Positions 1 through 9,556 of a stretch of DNA of 64,000 bases are shown here, piece by piece. Origin of the DNA: Deltaproteobacteria bacterium HGW-Deltaproteobacteria-18. GTDB lineage: Bacteria; Desulfobacterota; Desulfovibrionia; Desulfovibrionales; Desulfomicrobiaceae. The notes below the pieces were generated by a model. It ran no database searches, was not told the DNA's origin, and worked only from the letters and a program-made list of their open reading frames with translations. The stretch spans positions 39,871 through 103,870 of the forward strand of contig PHBE01000018.1 of NCBI GenBank assembly GCA_002841885.1, read 5' to 3'. A program made the translations under genes and the position numbers. Positions within the stretch are counted from its first letter, which is position 1; each line of letters opens with the position of its first letter.

Positions 1-93
1 CGCAACACCACGTCCGGATTCCTGCTCGCGGCACCGGATTTTCGGTCGGCTGAGCCCCGGTTCTGGTTTTGCGTCGATTTCCAGGCCTTCCGT

Positions 94-480
94 TCAGTCC
101 TGCTTGAGCCGCAGGGTCATCGTGGCGGGCTTGCCTTCGGTGATGCGGTACACGAGCTTGAGCTTGTCGATGGCCGTGGCCATCCCTGGAATGTTGATGA
201 GTCCCGAGGATTCTCCGGACTTGAGCTGCACGGGAACGCGCAGGGGGATGGGGTCGCCTTCGACCGGAATGAGGGTCAGGCTCTCGAACGTGACTGTCGC
301 CCCGTCGATCTTGAAACGCATATTGTCGATCTTGCCCAGCTTTTCGCCCACCGGCAGGGTCGCCGAAGTGCCCGAAGCAGACAGCTGGACAGGTTCAAGG
401 GCGGTCCAGGGCCCGGCCACGGCCGCCGTGGCCGGCAGGATGCCCAGCAAAAGAGCGCACATAAGGATCAATCTTTTCAT
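94..480 (-). CDS. Small secreted hypothetical protein
   Basis: 128 aa; signal-peptide-like N-terminus MKRLILMCALLLGILPATAAVA; GGAG upstream; beta-rich-looking mature part. No family confidently recognised. Confidence 0.7.
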   Translation of the reverse strand: MKRLILMCALLLGILPATAAVAGPWTALEPVQLSASGTSATLPVGEKLGKIDNMRFKIDGATVTFESLTLIPVEGDPIPLRVPVQLKSGESSGLINIPGMATAIDKLKLVYRITEGKPATMTLRLKQD

Positions 481-642
481 GGGTAACTCCGGTAATTTTG
501 TGTTTACTGGTCCGTACGCCGTGCAGGGGCCGGGATCAAGGGCGGGTTTGTATTGGGGGGCATGCGTGGCGAAGGGCAGCCGCGATGCGGGGCTAAAAAG
601 AGGTATTCCCTAAAACGCGATGAGCCCTTATCAGCGTTTCTC

Positions 643-1563
643 ATGTCAACCGATTCAGAAAAACGTCAGCACGATCTTGAAGCCGAACTTGCGGTCCTGC
701 AGGCCCGCTTGCGGGTTCTGGTCGATGGCTCGCCTCTTGGAATTTTTTTTGACGACGCCAGCGACAAGTGTGTTTTCGTGAACAGGACCTTCTGCGAGAT
801 GATGGGCCTGTCCGAGGAGGAGGCTCTCGGGGACGGTTGGGCCAGGACAGTTCATCCGCAGGACCTGCCGAGGCTGCTGGGTGAACGGGCCGGAGCCGTG
901 ACCGGAGGCGCGCCGCTTTTTCGCGCCGAGTATCGCTACGTCCGCCCGGATGGGCGAGTGGGTTGGGTAGAGGAGCAGACGCGGCCGGTCCACGGTCCGG
1001 ACGACAACCTGCTGGGGTACGTCGGCACCCTGGCCGAGATCAGCGGGCGCAAGGAAAAGGAGGCGCTGCGGGAGCGGCATAGCGAAGCATTGGAGGAACG
1101 GGTGCGGGAACGTACCGCCGAGCTTGTGGCCCAGACTGAGCGGCTGGCCGAGATGAACGCGGCGCTCAAGGTCCTTTTGCGCCAGCGCGAAGAAGATCGC
1201 GAAGATCTTGAACAGGCCGTGCTGGCCAATGTCCGCCGTCGCATCGTTCCGACCCTGGATCGCCTGCAAGGTCTTTGCGCAGGGGATGAGGTCCGTTTGC
1301 TGGCCGATCAACTCCGCCGTGGTCTCAAGGAACTGACCGAGCCGTTCTGTCATCGGCTGTCCACGGTCTGCCAGGGATTGACCCCGACCGAAATCCAGGT
1401 CGCGGAGCTGATCCGCGAGGGACTCGGCACCAAGGAAATCGCCGCCCGTCTCGGGGTCGGCGCCTCCACCATCGATACCCACCGTCATCATCTGCGCCGC
1501 AAGCTCGGACTCAAGGGCCGCCTGGACGGCTTGCGCGCTCACCTGCTCTCTCTTGAGCCCTGA
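643..1563 (+). CDS. PAS/PAC sensor with C-terminal LuxR-type HTH regulator
   Basis: PAS/PAC motifs (VFVNRTFCEMMG, WARTVHPQD, YRYVRPDGRVGWV), coiled coil, LuxR HTH (LTPTEIQVAELIREGLGTKEIAARLGVGASTIDTHR). Start moved to ATG 643 from track start 553. Confidence 0.85.
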   Translation: MSTDSEKRQHDLEAELAVLQARLRVLVDGSPLGIFFDDASDKCVFVNRTFCEMMGLSEEEALGDGWARTVHPQDLPRLLGERAGAVTGGAPLFRAEYRYVRPDGRVGWVEEQTRPVHGPDDNLLGYVGTLAEISGRKEKEALRERHSEALEERVRERTAELVAQTERLAEMNAALKVLLRQREEDREDLEQAVLANVRRRIVPTLDRLQGLCAGDEVRLLADQLRRGLKELTEPFCHRLSTVCQGLTPTEIQVAELIREGLGTKEIAARLGVGASTIDTHRHHLRRKLGLKGRLDGLRAHLLSLEP

Positions 1564-1583
1564 TATGGAGAAATCCTCCATAT
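1563..1583. promoter_or_regulatory. Inverted repeat ATATGGAG-N5-CTCCATAT upstream of pdxS (weak terminator or operator)
   Basis: Perfect 8-bp inverted repeat followed by TTT; function inferred only. Confidence 0.35.
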
Positions 1584-1662
1584 TTTCTCCGCAATAAACT
1601 GCTATTGTCATTTTGTGGCCTGACTGTTTCAACGACTGTCCAATCTTACCAAGGAGGACAGA

Positions 1663-2559
1663 ATGAAACCAAATGAAGGCAACGACGACAAGACTCTGCT
1701 GAACACGGGTCTGGCCCGCATGTTCAAGGGCGGGGTGATCATGGACGTGGTCAACGCTGATCAGGCCCGCATCGCCGAAGAGGCCGGGGCCTGCGCGGTC
1801 ATGGCCCTGGAGCGGGTTCCATCCGATATACGGGCCTGCGGCGGCGTGGCCCGCATGTCCGACCCGGGCATGATCCGGGAGATCATGGCTGCGGTTTCCA
1901 TACCGGTCATGGCCAAGTGCCGCATCGGACATTTCATGGAGGCCCGCATTCTTGAAGCCGTGGGCGTGGACTACATCGACGAGAGCGAGGTCCTGACTCC
2001 GGCGGACGAGGAATTTCACATCGACAAGAACGCATTCAAAGTGCCGTTTGTCTGTGGTTGCCGCAATCTGGGCGAAGCCCTGCGCCGCATTGCCGAGGGC
2101 GCAGCCATGATCCGCACCAAGGGCGAGGCAGGCACCGGGGACGTGGTCGAGGCCGTACGCCATGCCCGGACCGTGCAGAGCCAGATCAGGCTGGTGCGCG
2201 AAATGCCCTCCGAGGAGTTGGCCACATATGCCAAAAATATCGGGGCGTCCCTGGAGCTTCTGCGAGAGGTGCGCAAGCAGGGACAGCTGCCGGTGGTCAA
2301 TTTCGCGGCCGGCGGCGTGGCTACTCCGGCCGATGCAGCGCTCATGATGCAACTGGGCATGGATGGGGTTTTCGTGGGTTCGGGGATTTTCAAGAGTGGA
2401 GATCCGGCCAGAAGAGCGCGCGCCATCGTGCAGGCGGTGACTCATTTCGATGATCCGTCCATTCTGGCCCAGGTCAGCGAAAATCTTGGCGAGGCCATGT
2501 CCGGCATCGCGGTTCGTTCCCTTGACGCAGCAGAGCAGTTCGCGGGCCGGGGCTGGTAA
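1663..2559 (+). CDS. pdxS: Pyridoxal 5'-phosphate synthase lyase subunit
   Basis: [59 protein letters not shown]; AAGGAGG RBS. Confidence 0.97.
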   Translation: MKPNEGNDDKTLLNTGLARMFKGGVIMDVVNADQARIAEEAGACAVMALERVPSDIRACGGVARMSDPGMIREIMAAVSIPVMAKCRIGHFMEARILEAVGVDYIDESEVLTPADEEFHIDKNAFKVPFVCGCRNLGEALRRIAEGAAMIRTKGEAGTGDVVEAVRHARTVQSQIRLVREMPSEELATYAKNIGASLELLREVRKQGQLPVVNFAAGGVATPADAALMMQLGMDGVFVGSGIFKSGDPARRARAIVQAVTHFDDPSILAQVSENLGEAMSGIAVRSLDAAEQFAGRGW

Positions 2560-3149
2560 TGCGCGTAGGCATCCTGGCCCTGCAGGGCGCTTTTGCCGAG
2601 CATGTCGAAATGCTTGGTTCACTTGGGGTGCATGCCGAGCTGGTCCGTTCTTGCGCGCAGCTTGAGGGACTGGACGGACTCATCCTGCCCGGCGGCGAGA
2701 GCACAGCCATGCGGCGTCTGGCAGGACTGTCCGGGCTTGATGCCGCCTTGCGCGATTTCGGGGCGGCCCGTCCGGTCTGGGGCATCTGCGCGGGACTCAT
2801 TCTGCTGGCGGCCAGGGTCGAGGGCGAGGCGCCTTTTCTTGGACTTATGGACATGGGGGTCGCGCGCAATGCCTACGGCCGTCAGCAGGAAAGTTTCGTG
2901 TCAAGCCTGAGCGTAGAGGGGCTCTCGGAGTCCGCCCCCTTTCCGGGCGTCTTCATCCGCGCTCCGCAGGTGCTCGAAACGGGTCCGGGGGTGAAGGTCC
3001 TGGCCTTTCGGGGAGAGGCCCCGGTGGCCTTCCGTCAGGGGCATCTCATGGCCACGGCCTTTCATCCGGAGTTGACCGGGGACGGGCGCGTGCATGCCTG
3101 TTTCCTGGATTTGTGCGCTTATCCGGCACGGCGAACCCTGGCCGGATAA
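2559..3149 (+). CDS. pdxT: PLP synthase glutaminase subunit
   Basis: GILALQGAF, ILPGGEST, GICAG nucleophile, FHPEL His/Glu; TAATG overlap with pdxS. Confidence 0.96.
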   Translation: MRVGILALQGAFAEHVEMLGSLGVHAELVRSCAQLEGLDGLILPGGESTAMRRLAGLSGLDAALRDFGAARPVWGICAGLILLAARVEGEAPFLGLMDMGVARNAYGRQQESFVSSLSVEGLSESAPFPGVFIRAPQVLETGPGVKVLAFRGEAPVAFRQGHLMATAFHPELTGDGRVHACFLDLCAYPARRTLAG

Positions 3150-3167
3150 GCGCGGCGCAGCAATGCA

Positions 3168-3193
3168 AAAAGGCCGGAGCGGTCCGGCCTTTT
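3168..3193. terminator. Bidirectional intrinsic terminator between pdxT and the chemoreceptor
   Basis: AAAAGGCCGGA-gcgg-TCCGGCCTTTT between convergent genes. Confidence 0.8.
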
Positions 3194-3214
3194 CAAGAGG
3201 GAGTGCAGGTCTTT

Positions 3215-4960
3215 TCAGGAGTCGCTGAACATGGTGCGCGGGTCAAAGCCCATGATGAAGGCTCCCCAGTGCTTGCCGTCGACAAAGATGGGCATGGACA
3301 GGTCGTTCAGGATTTCGCCTGTGTCGCGCATGTAGGTTTGCAGCAGGAGCGGGTCGGTGTGCGAGCACCTGCGCTGCTCGGTGTGGTTGCTCTGGTAGAT
3401 GCGCTGGTGCCGGCTCTGCAGCAGATCCTTGGCCGGGTCGCCGGTCATGGCCTTGGACACGGCCCCGTGATGGATGGGCAGGTAGCCCTTGCGATCGATG
3501 GCCAGGCAATAGATGGTCCCCGGGATCCTTTTCTGCGCTTCGTCGACGACGTTCTGCATCTCCTTGACGAAAACGTCGCTGAAGGCGGTGACGTATTTCT
3601 GCGGCGACGTGTTCGGCACGGCCTTGTACTGGGTGTCGAAGACGTTGAAGCCCCGTTCCTTCATGCCCTGAATCCGGGCCTGATAGTCGTCGCGGATCTC
3701 CTTGGCCGTGTCGATGACCGTGTCGAATTTTCCTTCCCCGGTCTTGAAGCGCGCCACCAGTTCGAGCATCCGCTCGGTGACGGAGTTCAGGGCGTCCACC
3801 GAGGTGGCCGAGGAGTTCATGTCCTTGGCGATCTCCTGGCTGAGCTTGTTGATGTTGTTGACCTTCTCGGTGACGTCGTTGTTGTTGGTCGACAATTCCT
3901 CGATGGCGGCCGCGATTTTGATCAGTTGGTCGTTGGCCGTTTCAAAGTCGTCGATCATGCGCTCGAAATTGACAGTGGCCGCGGTCACCACCTGATCAGT
4001 GTCCCTGGCATAATCCAGGATCTGCGCAGTTTCGGTTTGAGTTCGTTCAACAATCTTGATCATTGCTCCGATATTGTTGGAGATTTCTTCCGTGGCTGGC
4101 TTGATCCGGCGCGAGAGTTCGCGCACTTCCTCGGCGACCACGGCAAAGCCCTTGCCGTGCTCGCCGGCCCGGGCCGCCTCGATGGTGGCGTTCAGGGACA
4201 AGAGATTGGTCTGCTCGGAGATGCCGTTGATGATGGTCACGATGCTCAGGATGTTGGCCGAACTTGCGCCCAGATCGTCGACGGTGTTGCGGAAGGATTC
4301 GACGATGCCGTTTATCTTGTGAATCTTGTCCGTGACGTCCTGCAATTCCGTGTGCGACCTGTGGGCGGTGTTCAGGTTGCTGGTGGTCTTTTCGGCTACA
4401 TACTGCGTGTTCTGCGCGATTTCGGCGATGGCCGCGTTGGCCTCGTTGCTGGCCACGGCCACTTCCTCGGCAATGGAGCCCTGCGTTGCGGTCTTGTTCC
4501 TGGTGTCGAACACGGACTTGGCCATGCGGGTACTGTCGAGGGCGATGTCGATGCCCATCTTGCGGATTTTTTCCACCAGTTCCCGCACGCTCGACAGGAA
4601 GCTGTTGTAGCAGCCGGAGATGTGCTTCAGATCCGGGTTGTCAAGGTCTGCCATGGTGCAGGACAGGTCGGCCTCCTGGCCCTGGATGTTCTGGAACACG
4701 GCGTTTATGTCGGCGATGCCCCGCTGCGCTTCCCGGTGCAGAATCTTCATGCAGACGGCGCCGATACCCACGGTCAAGAGCAGGATGATTCCGGCCACGC
4801 CCCACGACAAGGGCGGAATGGCGGAGCTTGCCGTCACGGCGATCCAGATGATGCCTGCGGCATTCAGGGCCAGCAGGGTCAGGACTGTCGCCGTGATCTT
4901 GCCTCGCAGCGTGGAGAGCATGGGCGTGTCCGAATTTGGGACTGGATCTGCGTTTTTCAT
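3215..4960 (-). CDS. Methyl-accepting chemotaxis protein with extra C-terminal domain
   Basis: Two N-terminal hydrophobic segments; signalling motif [37 protein letters not shown]; about 165-aa C-terminal domain ending [28 protein letters not shown]. Start set to ATG 4960 (GAGGT RBS). Confidence 0.9.
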   Translation of the reverse strand: MKNADPVPNSDTPMLSTLRGKITATVLTLLALNAAGIIWIAVTASSAIPPLSWGVAGIILLLTVGIGAVCMKILHREAQRGIADINAVFQNIQGQEADLSCTMADLDNPDLKHISGCYNSFLSSVRELVEKIRKMGIDIALDSTRMAKSVFDTRNKTATQGSIAEEVAVASNEANAAIAEIAQNTQYVAEKTTSNLNTAHRSHTELQDVTDKIHKINGIVESFRNTVDDLGASSANILSIVTIINGISEQTNLLSLNATIEAARAGEHGKGFAVVAEEVRELSRRIKPATEEISNNIGAMIKIVERTQTETAQILDYARDTDQVVTAATVNFERMIDDFETANDQLIKIAAAIEELSTNNNDVTEKVNNINKLSQEIAKDMNSSATSVDALNSVTERMLELVARFKTGEGKFDTVIDTAKEIRDDYQARIQGMKERGFNVFDTQYKAVPNTSPQKYVTAFSDVFVKEMQNVVDEAQKRIPGTIYCLAIDRKGYLPIHHGAVSKAMTGDPAKDLLQSRHQRIYQSNHTEQRRCSHTDPLLLQTYMRDTGEILNDLSMPIFVDGKHWGAFIMGFDPRTMFSDS

Positions 4961-5088
4961 ATCAATACCTCGTGTTCCGTGAATTTCGTGCAAACATGTA
5001 TAAATGAGCCAGCCGTAAAAGAGAAGAACGCATTCGCAGGAAAAGTCAATCCTCCAGCCGGCGGCGGTCAGGGCCTCTCTTATGGACA

Positions 5089-5140
5089 ATGACGGGGGGA
5101 TGCCGTTATCAGGTACCTCCAAACAACGGAGGTGCCCCCT
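5089..5140 (+). promoter_or_regulatory. Structured leader with anti-SD hairpin upstream of the MtaD-like gene (candidate translational riboswitch)
   Basis: 5112-5120 GGTACCTCC pairs with 5128-5136 GGAGGTGCC, which covers the SD; second hairpin 5089-5109. No known family recognised. Confidence 0.35.
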
Positions 5141-6420
5141 TGAGTATCTTGATAAGAAAAGTGCGCCTGAACGGAGAGCTGGTTGACGTGCTCATCAAGG
5201 GCAATCGCTTCGACTCCATCGGAACGGACGTGGACTCGTCCGCCGATGTGATCATCGACGGGTCGGGCAAGGCCATCCTGCCGTCCTTCCACAACGCCCA
5301 CACCCACGCCGCCATGACGCTGATGCGCGGCTATGCCGACGACATGGACCTGCACACCTGGCTTGCCGAACACATCTGGCCTTTCGAGGCGCGGCTTGGC
5401 GAGGACGACATCTATTGGGGGGCGAAGCTGGCCTGCCTTGAGATGATCAAGTCCGGGACGACTTTTTTTGCCGACATGTACTGGCACTGGAAGGGCACGG
5501 CCCGAGCCGTGACGGAAATGGGCATGCGCGCAGCCCTGTCCGCAGCCTTTTTTGATTTCGAAGATCCGGCCCGCGCCGAGACCATGAAGCGTCAGGTCAT
5601 GGATCTGCACGCCGCCAGCGCCGCGTTTCCGGACCGTGTTCAGTTCATTCTCGGGCCCCACGCCATCTACACCGTGTCTTCGGACTCCCTGCGCTGGCTG
5701 GGGGAATACGCGAACCAGCACGGGCTTTTGGTGCACCTGCACCTTTCCGAGACGCAAAAGGAGGTCGAGGACTGTCTGGCCAAGCATGGCAAACGGCCCG
5801 TGGAGTATCTGCACGAGCTTGGCCTGCTGGCCCCGAACCTGATCCTGGCGCATGCCGTGTGGATGAACGGGGCGGAGATGAAGCTTCTGGCCGCGCACGG
5901 GGTGCAGGTCGTGCACTGTCCCGTCTCGAACATGAAGCTCTGTTCAGGGCAGTTCGACTACGCTGCCATGAAGGCCCATGGGGTTGCCGTGGCCCTGGGC
6001 ACGGACGGGTGCTCTTCAAACAACAATCTCGACATGATCGAGGAGATGAAGATCGCCTCTCTTCTGGCCAAGGTCACGTCCATGGATCCCACCGTCTTTC
6101 CGGCCCAGGAAGCCCTCGACGCAGCCACCCTGAACGGGGCGCGCATGTACGGGCTCGATGCCGGACGCATCGCTTCGGGCAAGCTGGCCGATTGCATCCT
6201 GGTCAATCTGGAGCACGTGCGCATGGTCCCGGGGCACCACCTCGTCTCCAACCTCGTCTACAGCGCGAACAGCTCCTGCGTGGATACGACCATCTGCGAC
6301 GGCCGCGTGCTGATGCTTGGCGGCAAGGTCGAGGGCGAGGAAGAGATCCTGGCTCAGGTCCGCGCGACCTTGGCCAGGCTCAATGCTCCGCGGGAGCCGG
6401 AGGGGGATGCATGCTCCTGA
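5140..6420 (+). CDS. mtaD: Amidohydrolase, MTA/SAH (or 5'-deoxyadenosine) deaminase family
   Basis: HNAHTH metal motif, [29 protein letters not shown] start at 5140, 6 nt after GGAGGT. Confidence 0.8.
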   Translation: MSILIRKVRLNGELVDVLIKGNRFDSIGTDVDSSADVIIDGSGKAILPSFHNAHTHAAMTLMRGYADDMDLHTWLAEHIWPFEARLGEDDIYWGAKLACLEMIKSGTTFFADMYWHWKGTARAVTEMGMRAALSAAFFDFEDPARAETMKRQVMDLHAASAAFPDRVQFILGPHAIYTVSSDSLRWLGEYANQHGLLVHLHLSETQKEVEDCLAKHGKRPVEYLHELGLLAPNLILAHAVWMNGAEMKLLAAHGVQVVHCPVSNMKLCSGQFDYAAMKAHGVAVALGTDGCSSNNNLDMIEEMKIASLLAKVTSMDPTVFPAQEALDAATLNGARMYGLDAGRIASGKLADCILVNLEHVRMVPGHHLVSNLVYSANSSCVDTTICDGRVLMLGGKVEGEEEILAQVRATLARLNAPREPEGDACS

Positions 6421-6914
6421 TCTACACCGGCAACGGCAAGGGCAAGACTTCGGCCTGCGTCGGTCAGGCCATCCGCGCCCTGGGCCAGGGGCTCACCGTG
6501 GCTTTTGGGCAGTTCATGAAGAGAGGCGACCAGGCCGGCGAGCAGGAGATGCTGGCAAAGCTGCTCGGTGAGAATTTTCTGGCGTCGGGAGCAGGCTTTT
6601 ACCGCAACACGGATTACGACACCCATCGCGAGAAGGCCTTACAGCTTCTGCACTGGGCCGGGGAACGTCTGGACCGGGGTGTGGACATGCTGATCCTCGA
6701 TGAGACCCTGTATGCCCTGAACCACGGGCTGCTTCTGGAGGATGAGGTGCGGGAGCTGATCAGGCGTTGCAGGGATCAGGATCGCCATCTGGTCCTGTCC
6801 GGGCGCGGCGTTCCGGCCTGGATGGTGGAGCTTGCCGACATCGTTTCGGACATCACCGAGGTCCGGCACATTTACTCGGAGGGCGGCAAGGCCCGCCGCG
6901 GGATTGAATTTTAA
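6411..6914 (+). CDS. cobO: Cob(I)alamin adenosyltransferase, CobO/BtuR family
   Basis: [14 protein letters not shown]-loop, QFMK, ILDE, LVLSGR, ADIVSDI. C-terminal part of track ORF 5859..6914; overlaps the deaminase stop by 10 nt. Confidence 0.88.
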   Translation: MLLIYTGNGKGKTSACVGQAIRALGQGLTVAFGQFMKRGDQAGEQEMLAKLLGENFLASGAGFYRNTDYDTHREKALQLLHWAGERLDRGVDMLILDETLYALNHGLLLEDEVRELIRRCRDQDRHLVLSGRGVPAWMVELADIVSDITEVRHIYSEGGKARRGIEF

Positions 6915-6936
6915 GGGGCGCGGTCCGGCTGTTTTT

Positions 6937-7968
6937 TCAATCCCCGTCCCCCAGATTTTCCGGTTTGATGACGATCTCCCCGCACCCGGCACAGACGCCT
7001 CGGTGCAGCCTGTTGCGCAGGATCGTGAAGCCGAGGCGTTCCACGACCATCTGTCCGCATCCGGGGCAGATGGTGTTTTCCAGATCCGATCCCGGCACGT
7101 TGCCGACAAAGACATGGGAGAGTCCTGCGGCACGTCCGATGTCGTAGGCCCGCTTCAGCGTGTCGAGGGGTGTTGGCGGGTGGTTCAGCATCCGGTGGCA
7201 TGGGTGGAAGCGCGAGACGTGCCAGGGAGTCTCCTTGCCCAGTTCATCGTGCACGAAGCGTGCGATGTCGCCCAGTTCCCGGTCCGAGTCGTTCAGTTCG
7301 GGGATGATCAGGGTGGTAGTTTCGATGTGCCAGCCCAGTTTTTTCATGTGCACCAGATTTTTGAGTACAGGCCCCAGACGTGCGGCGCAGATGTCGCGGT
7401 AGAATTCCTCGCGAAAGGATTTGATGTCGATGTTGGCGGCCTGGATCAGACCGCCCAGCGCATCCAGGCACTGAGGGCTCTGGAAACCGTTGCTGACCAT
7501 GATGTTGGCCAGGTTTGCATCCAGGGCCAGGAGCGCGATTTCGCGCATGAGTTCGAAAAAGATGGTGGGCTCGGAGTAGGTGTAGGCCACGGACGCGGCC
7601 CCCGATGTCTGGGCCATGCGGATGATTTCCCGTGGAGGGATGGCCTCTCCGCTGAGCGCCTTGCCCTGCCTGGGAGGCTGCGAAAGGCTTGCGTTTTGGC
7701 AGAATGCGCAGGCCAGGTTACAGCCCTGGGTGCCAAGGGAAAGGGTTTTGGTCCCGGGCAGAAAATGAAAGAGCGGTTTTTTCTCCACCGGGTCGAGGTT
7801 CAGGGCCGCGACCTTGTCGTAAGCCAGGGAGAAGAGTTGTCCCCCCCTGTTTTCGCGTACTCCGCACTGCCCTCTGGCCCCGTCTTCGATATGGCAGAAG
7901 TGGGCGCAGAGCTGACATTGCACGGAGTTGCCCTCCAAGGGACGCCAGAGGAGCGCGGGCGCTATCAT
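6937..7968 (-). CDS. amrS: AmmeMemoRadiSam-type radical SAM enzyme
   Basis: N-terminal CQLCAHFC...CGVR, LDPVEKKPLFHFLPG, CNLACAFCQN, YTYSEP, C-terminal CPGC/CAGC. Confidence 0.85.
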   Translation of the reverse strand: MIAPALLWRPLEGNSVQCQLCAHFCHIEDGARGQCGVRENRGGQLFSLAYDKVAALNLDPVEKKPLFHFLPGTKTLSLGTQGCNLACAFCQNASLSQPPRQGKALSGEAIPPREIIRMAQTSGAASVAYTYSEPTIFFELMREIALLALDANLANIMVSNGFQSPQCLDALGGLIQAANIDIKSFREEFYRDICAARLGPVLKNLVHMKKLGWHIETTTLIIPELNDSDRELGDIARFVHDELGKETPWHVSRFHPCHRMLNHPPTPLDTLKRAYDIGRAAGLSHVFVGNVPGSDLENTICPGCGQMVVERLGFTILRNRLHRGVCAGCGEIVIKPENLGDGD

Positions 7969-7971
7969 ATC

Positions 7972-8367
7972 CTACTCCTTGATGTTGATCTCCGGAACGA
8001 TGATGACGGGGCCAAGGCCGGAATCCTCTTGTGGCGGAGTCGTCGGCGGCGAGACCAGAATCAGCGAGCCGTTGTCCGGGTCTGAATGGATGAGGATGCT
8101 TTCGTCACCGTTTCCTGCGCCGCCGATCTGCATCACGGTGTCCTTTGCCGGGCCGGAATCAATGATGATTTCCGCCTGCGCCGCCTGACCCATGAAAATG
8201 AAAAGGCAGACCGTCGCAAGGATCGGCCTTGCCAACGTCGTGTTTTTTGCTTTACTTGGTTCAGCCGTGAGTTTATGCAACTTGGCCTCCAGATGAAGAA
8301 TGATTTGCATTAACATAGCTGGTTGAAGACGAAGAAACAAGGAGTTGTACATGTCCCAGCGAGACAA
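7972..8367 (-). CDS. Small exported hypothetical protein (start uncertain, probably downstream of 8367)
   Basis: Signal-like ILATVCLFIFMGQAAQA then an acidic/Pro-rich body; stop lies 3 nt before the amrS ATG and its 3' end carries the amrS RBS (AAGGAG). Confidence 0.55.
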   Translation of the reverse strand: MSRWDMYNSLFLRLQPAMLMQIILHLEAKLHKLTAEPSKAKNTTLARPILATVCLFIFMGQAAQAEIIIDSGPAKDTVMQIGGAGNGDESILIHSDPDNGSLILVSPPTTPPQEDSGLGPVIIVPEINIKE

Positions 8368-9412
8368 GGCCTACAAGGATGCCGGGGTTGATATAGAAGC
8401 GGGCAACACGTTCGTTTCCCGGATCAAGTCCATGGTAGCATCGACCTACACCAAGGGCGTTGTCAACGATATCGGAGGATTCGGCGGGCTGTTCAAGCCT
8501 TCCATGTCCATGGTCAACGAGCCGGTGCTGGTGGCTTCCACCGATGGCGTGGGGACAAAGCTCAAGCTGGCCTTCATGTTCGACAGACACGACACCGTCG
8601 GCATCGACCTGGTGGCCATGAGTGTCAACGATATTATTGTTCAAGGCGCCAAGCCTCTGTTTTTTCTTGATTATTTTGCTACGGGCAAGCTCGATATCGA
8701 CAAGGCCGAAGCGGTCATCAAAGGCATCGTCGAAGGCTGCAAGGAAGCCCAGTGCGCCCTCATCGGCGGCGAAACGGCCGAGATGCCCGATTTTTACGCC
8801 GACGGGGAATACGACCTGTCCGGTTTCTGTGTCGGCATGGTCGACAACGACAAGGTCGTGGACGGCTCAAGCATCGGCGTGGGCGACATCATCATCGGCC
8901 TGGCCTCTTCGGGCGTACATTCCAACGGCTACTCCCTGGTGCGAAAGATCTATGAACGCTCCGGCCTGCAGCCTGCCGATATTTTTCCCGGCACGGACCA
9001 GACCGTGGCCGAGGTCCTGCTCACGCCCACCCGCATCTATGTCGAAGCCGTGCGCAACGTCATGCGGGACTGGGAGATTCATGGCATGGTCCATGTCACC
9101 GGCGGCGGCTTCTACGACAACATCGTGCGCATCCTGCCCAAGGGCGTGACCGCACAGATCCGCTTCGGGTCCTGGAGCATCCCGCCCGTGTTCGAATGGC
9201 TGAGGACCCAGGGGAATCTGAGTTGGGAGGAGATGCTGCAGATTTTCAACAGCGGCATCGGCTATATCATGGTCGTCAAGAAGGATGTGGCCAAGGACGT
9301 GGTGCACCGGCTGGGCGCCCTGAAGCAGGACGCCTGGATCATCGGCGAGATTGTCGAGCGGGTCGAGGGCGAGGAGCAGGTCCGCATAGATTTTCCGGTC
9401 GCGGACGCGTGA
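8351..9412 (+). CDS. purM: Phosphoribosylformylglycinamidine cyclo-ligase (AIR synthetase)
   Basis: YKDAGVDI, GGFGGLF, STDGVGTKL, IGGETAEMP, SSGVHSNGYSL, HVTGGG, FNSGIG. Confidence 0.97.
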   Translation: MSQRDKAYKDAGVDIEAGNTFVSRIKSMVASTYTKGVVNDIGGFGGLFKPSMSMVNEPVLVASTDGVGTKLKLAFMFDRHDTVGIDLVAMSVNDIIVQGAKPLFFLDYFATGKLDIDKAEAVIKGIVEGCKEAQCALIGGETAEMPDFYADGEYDLSGFCVGMVDNDKVVDGSSIGVGDIIIGLASSGVHSNGYSLVRKIYERSGLQPADIFPGTDQTVAEVLLTPTRIYVEAVRNVMRDWEIHGMVHVTGGGFYDNIVRILPKGVTAQIRFGSWSIPPVFEWLRTQGNLSWEEMLQIFNSGIGYIMVVKKDVAKDVVHRLGALKQDAWIIGEIVERVEGEEQVRIDFPVADA

Positions 9413-9461
9413 GCTGACCACAAGGCGGTCAGGGACGTCCTTTTCTTTTTGAGAAATGATT

Positions 9462-9496
9462 GAACCCCGTCTGGTTTTCCAGGCGGGGTTCTTTTT
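9462..9496 (+). terminator. Intrinsic terminator after purM
   Basis: GAACCCCGTCTGG-tttt-CCAGGCGGGGTTC followed by TTTTT. Confidence 0.8.
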
Positions 9497-9556
9497 GGCC
9501 TTTTGGCAGGCCCTATTTGCGCCATCGGCCCTTGGGCGCCGCCGGGCAGGCAGGGG

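Noticed and set aside
4961-5139. Cobalamin or c-di-GMP riboswitch in the MCP/mtaD intergenic region
   Set aside because: The conserved B12-box and GEMM core sequences are not present on either strand.
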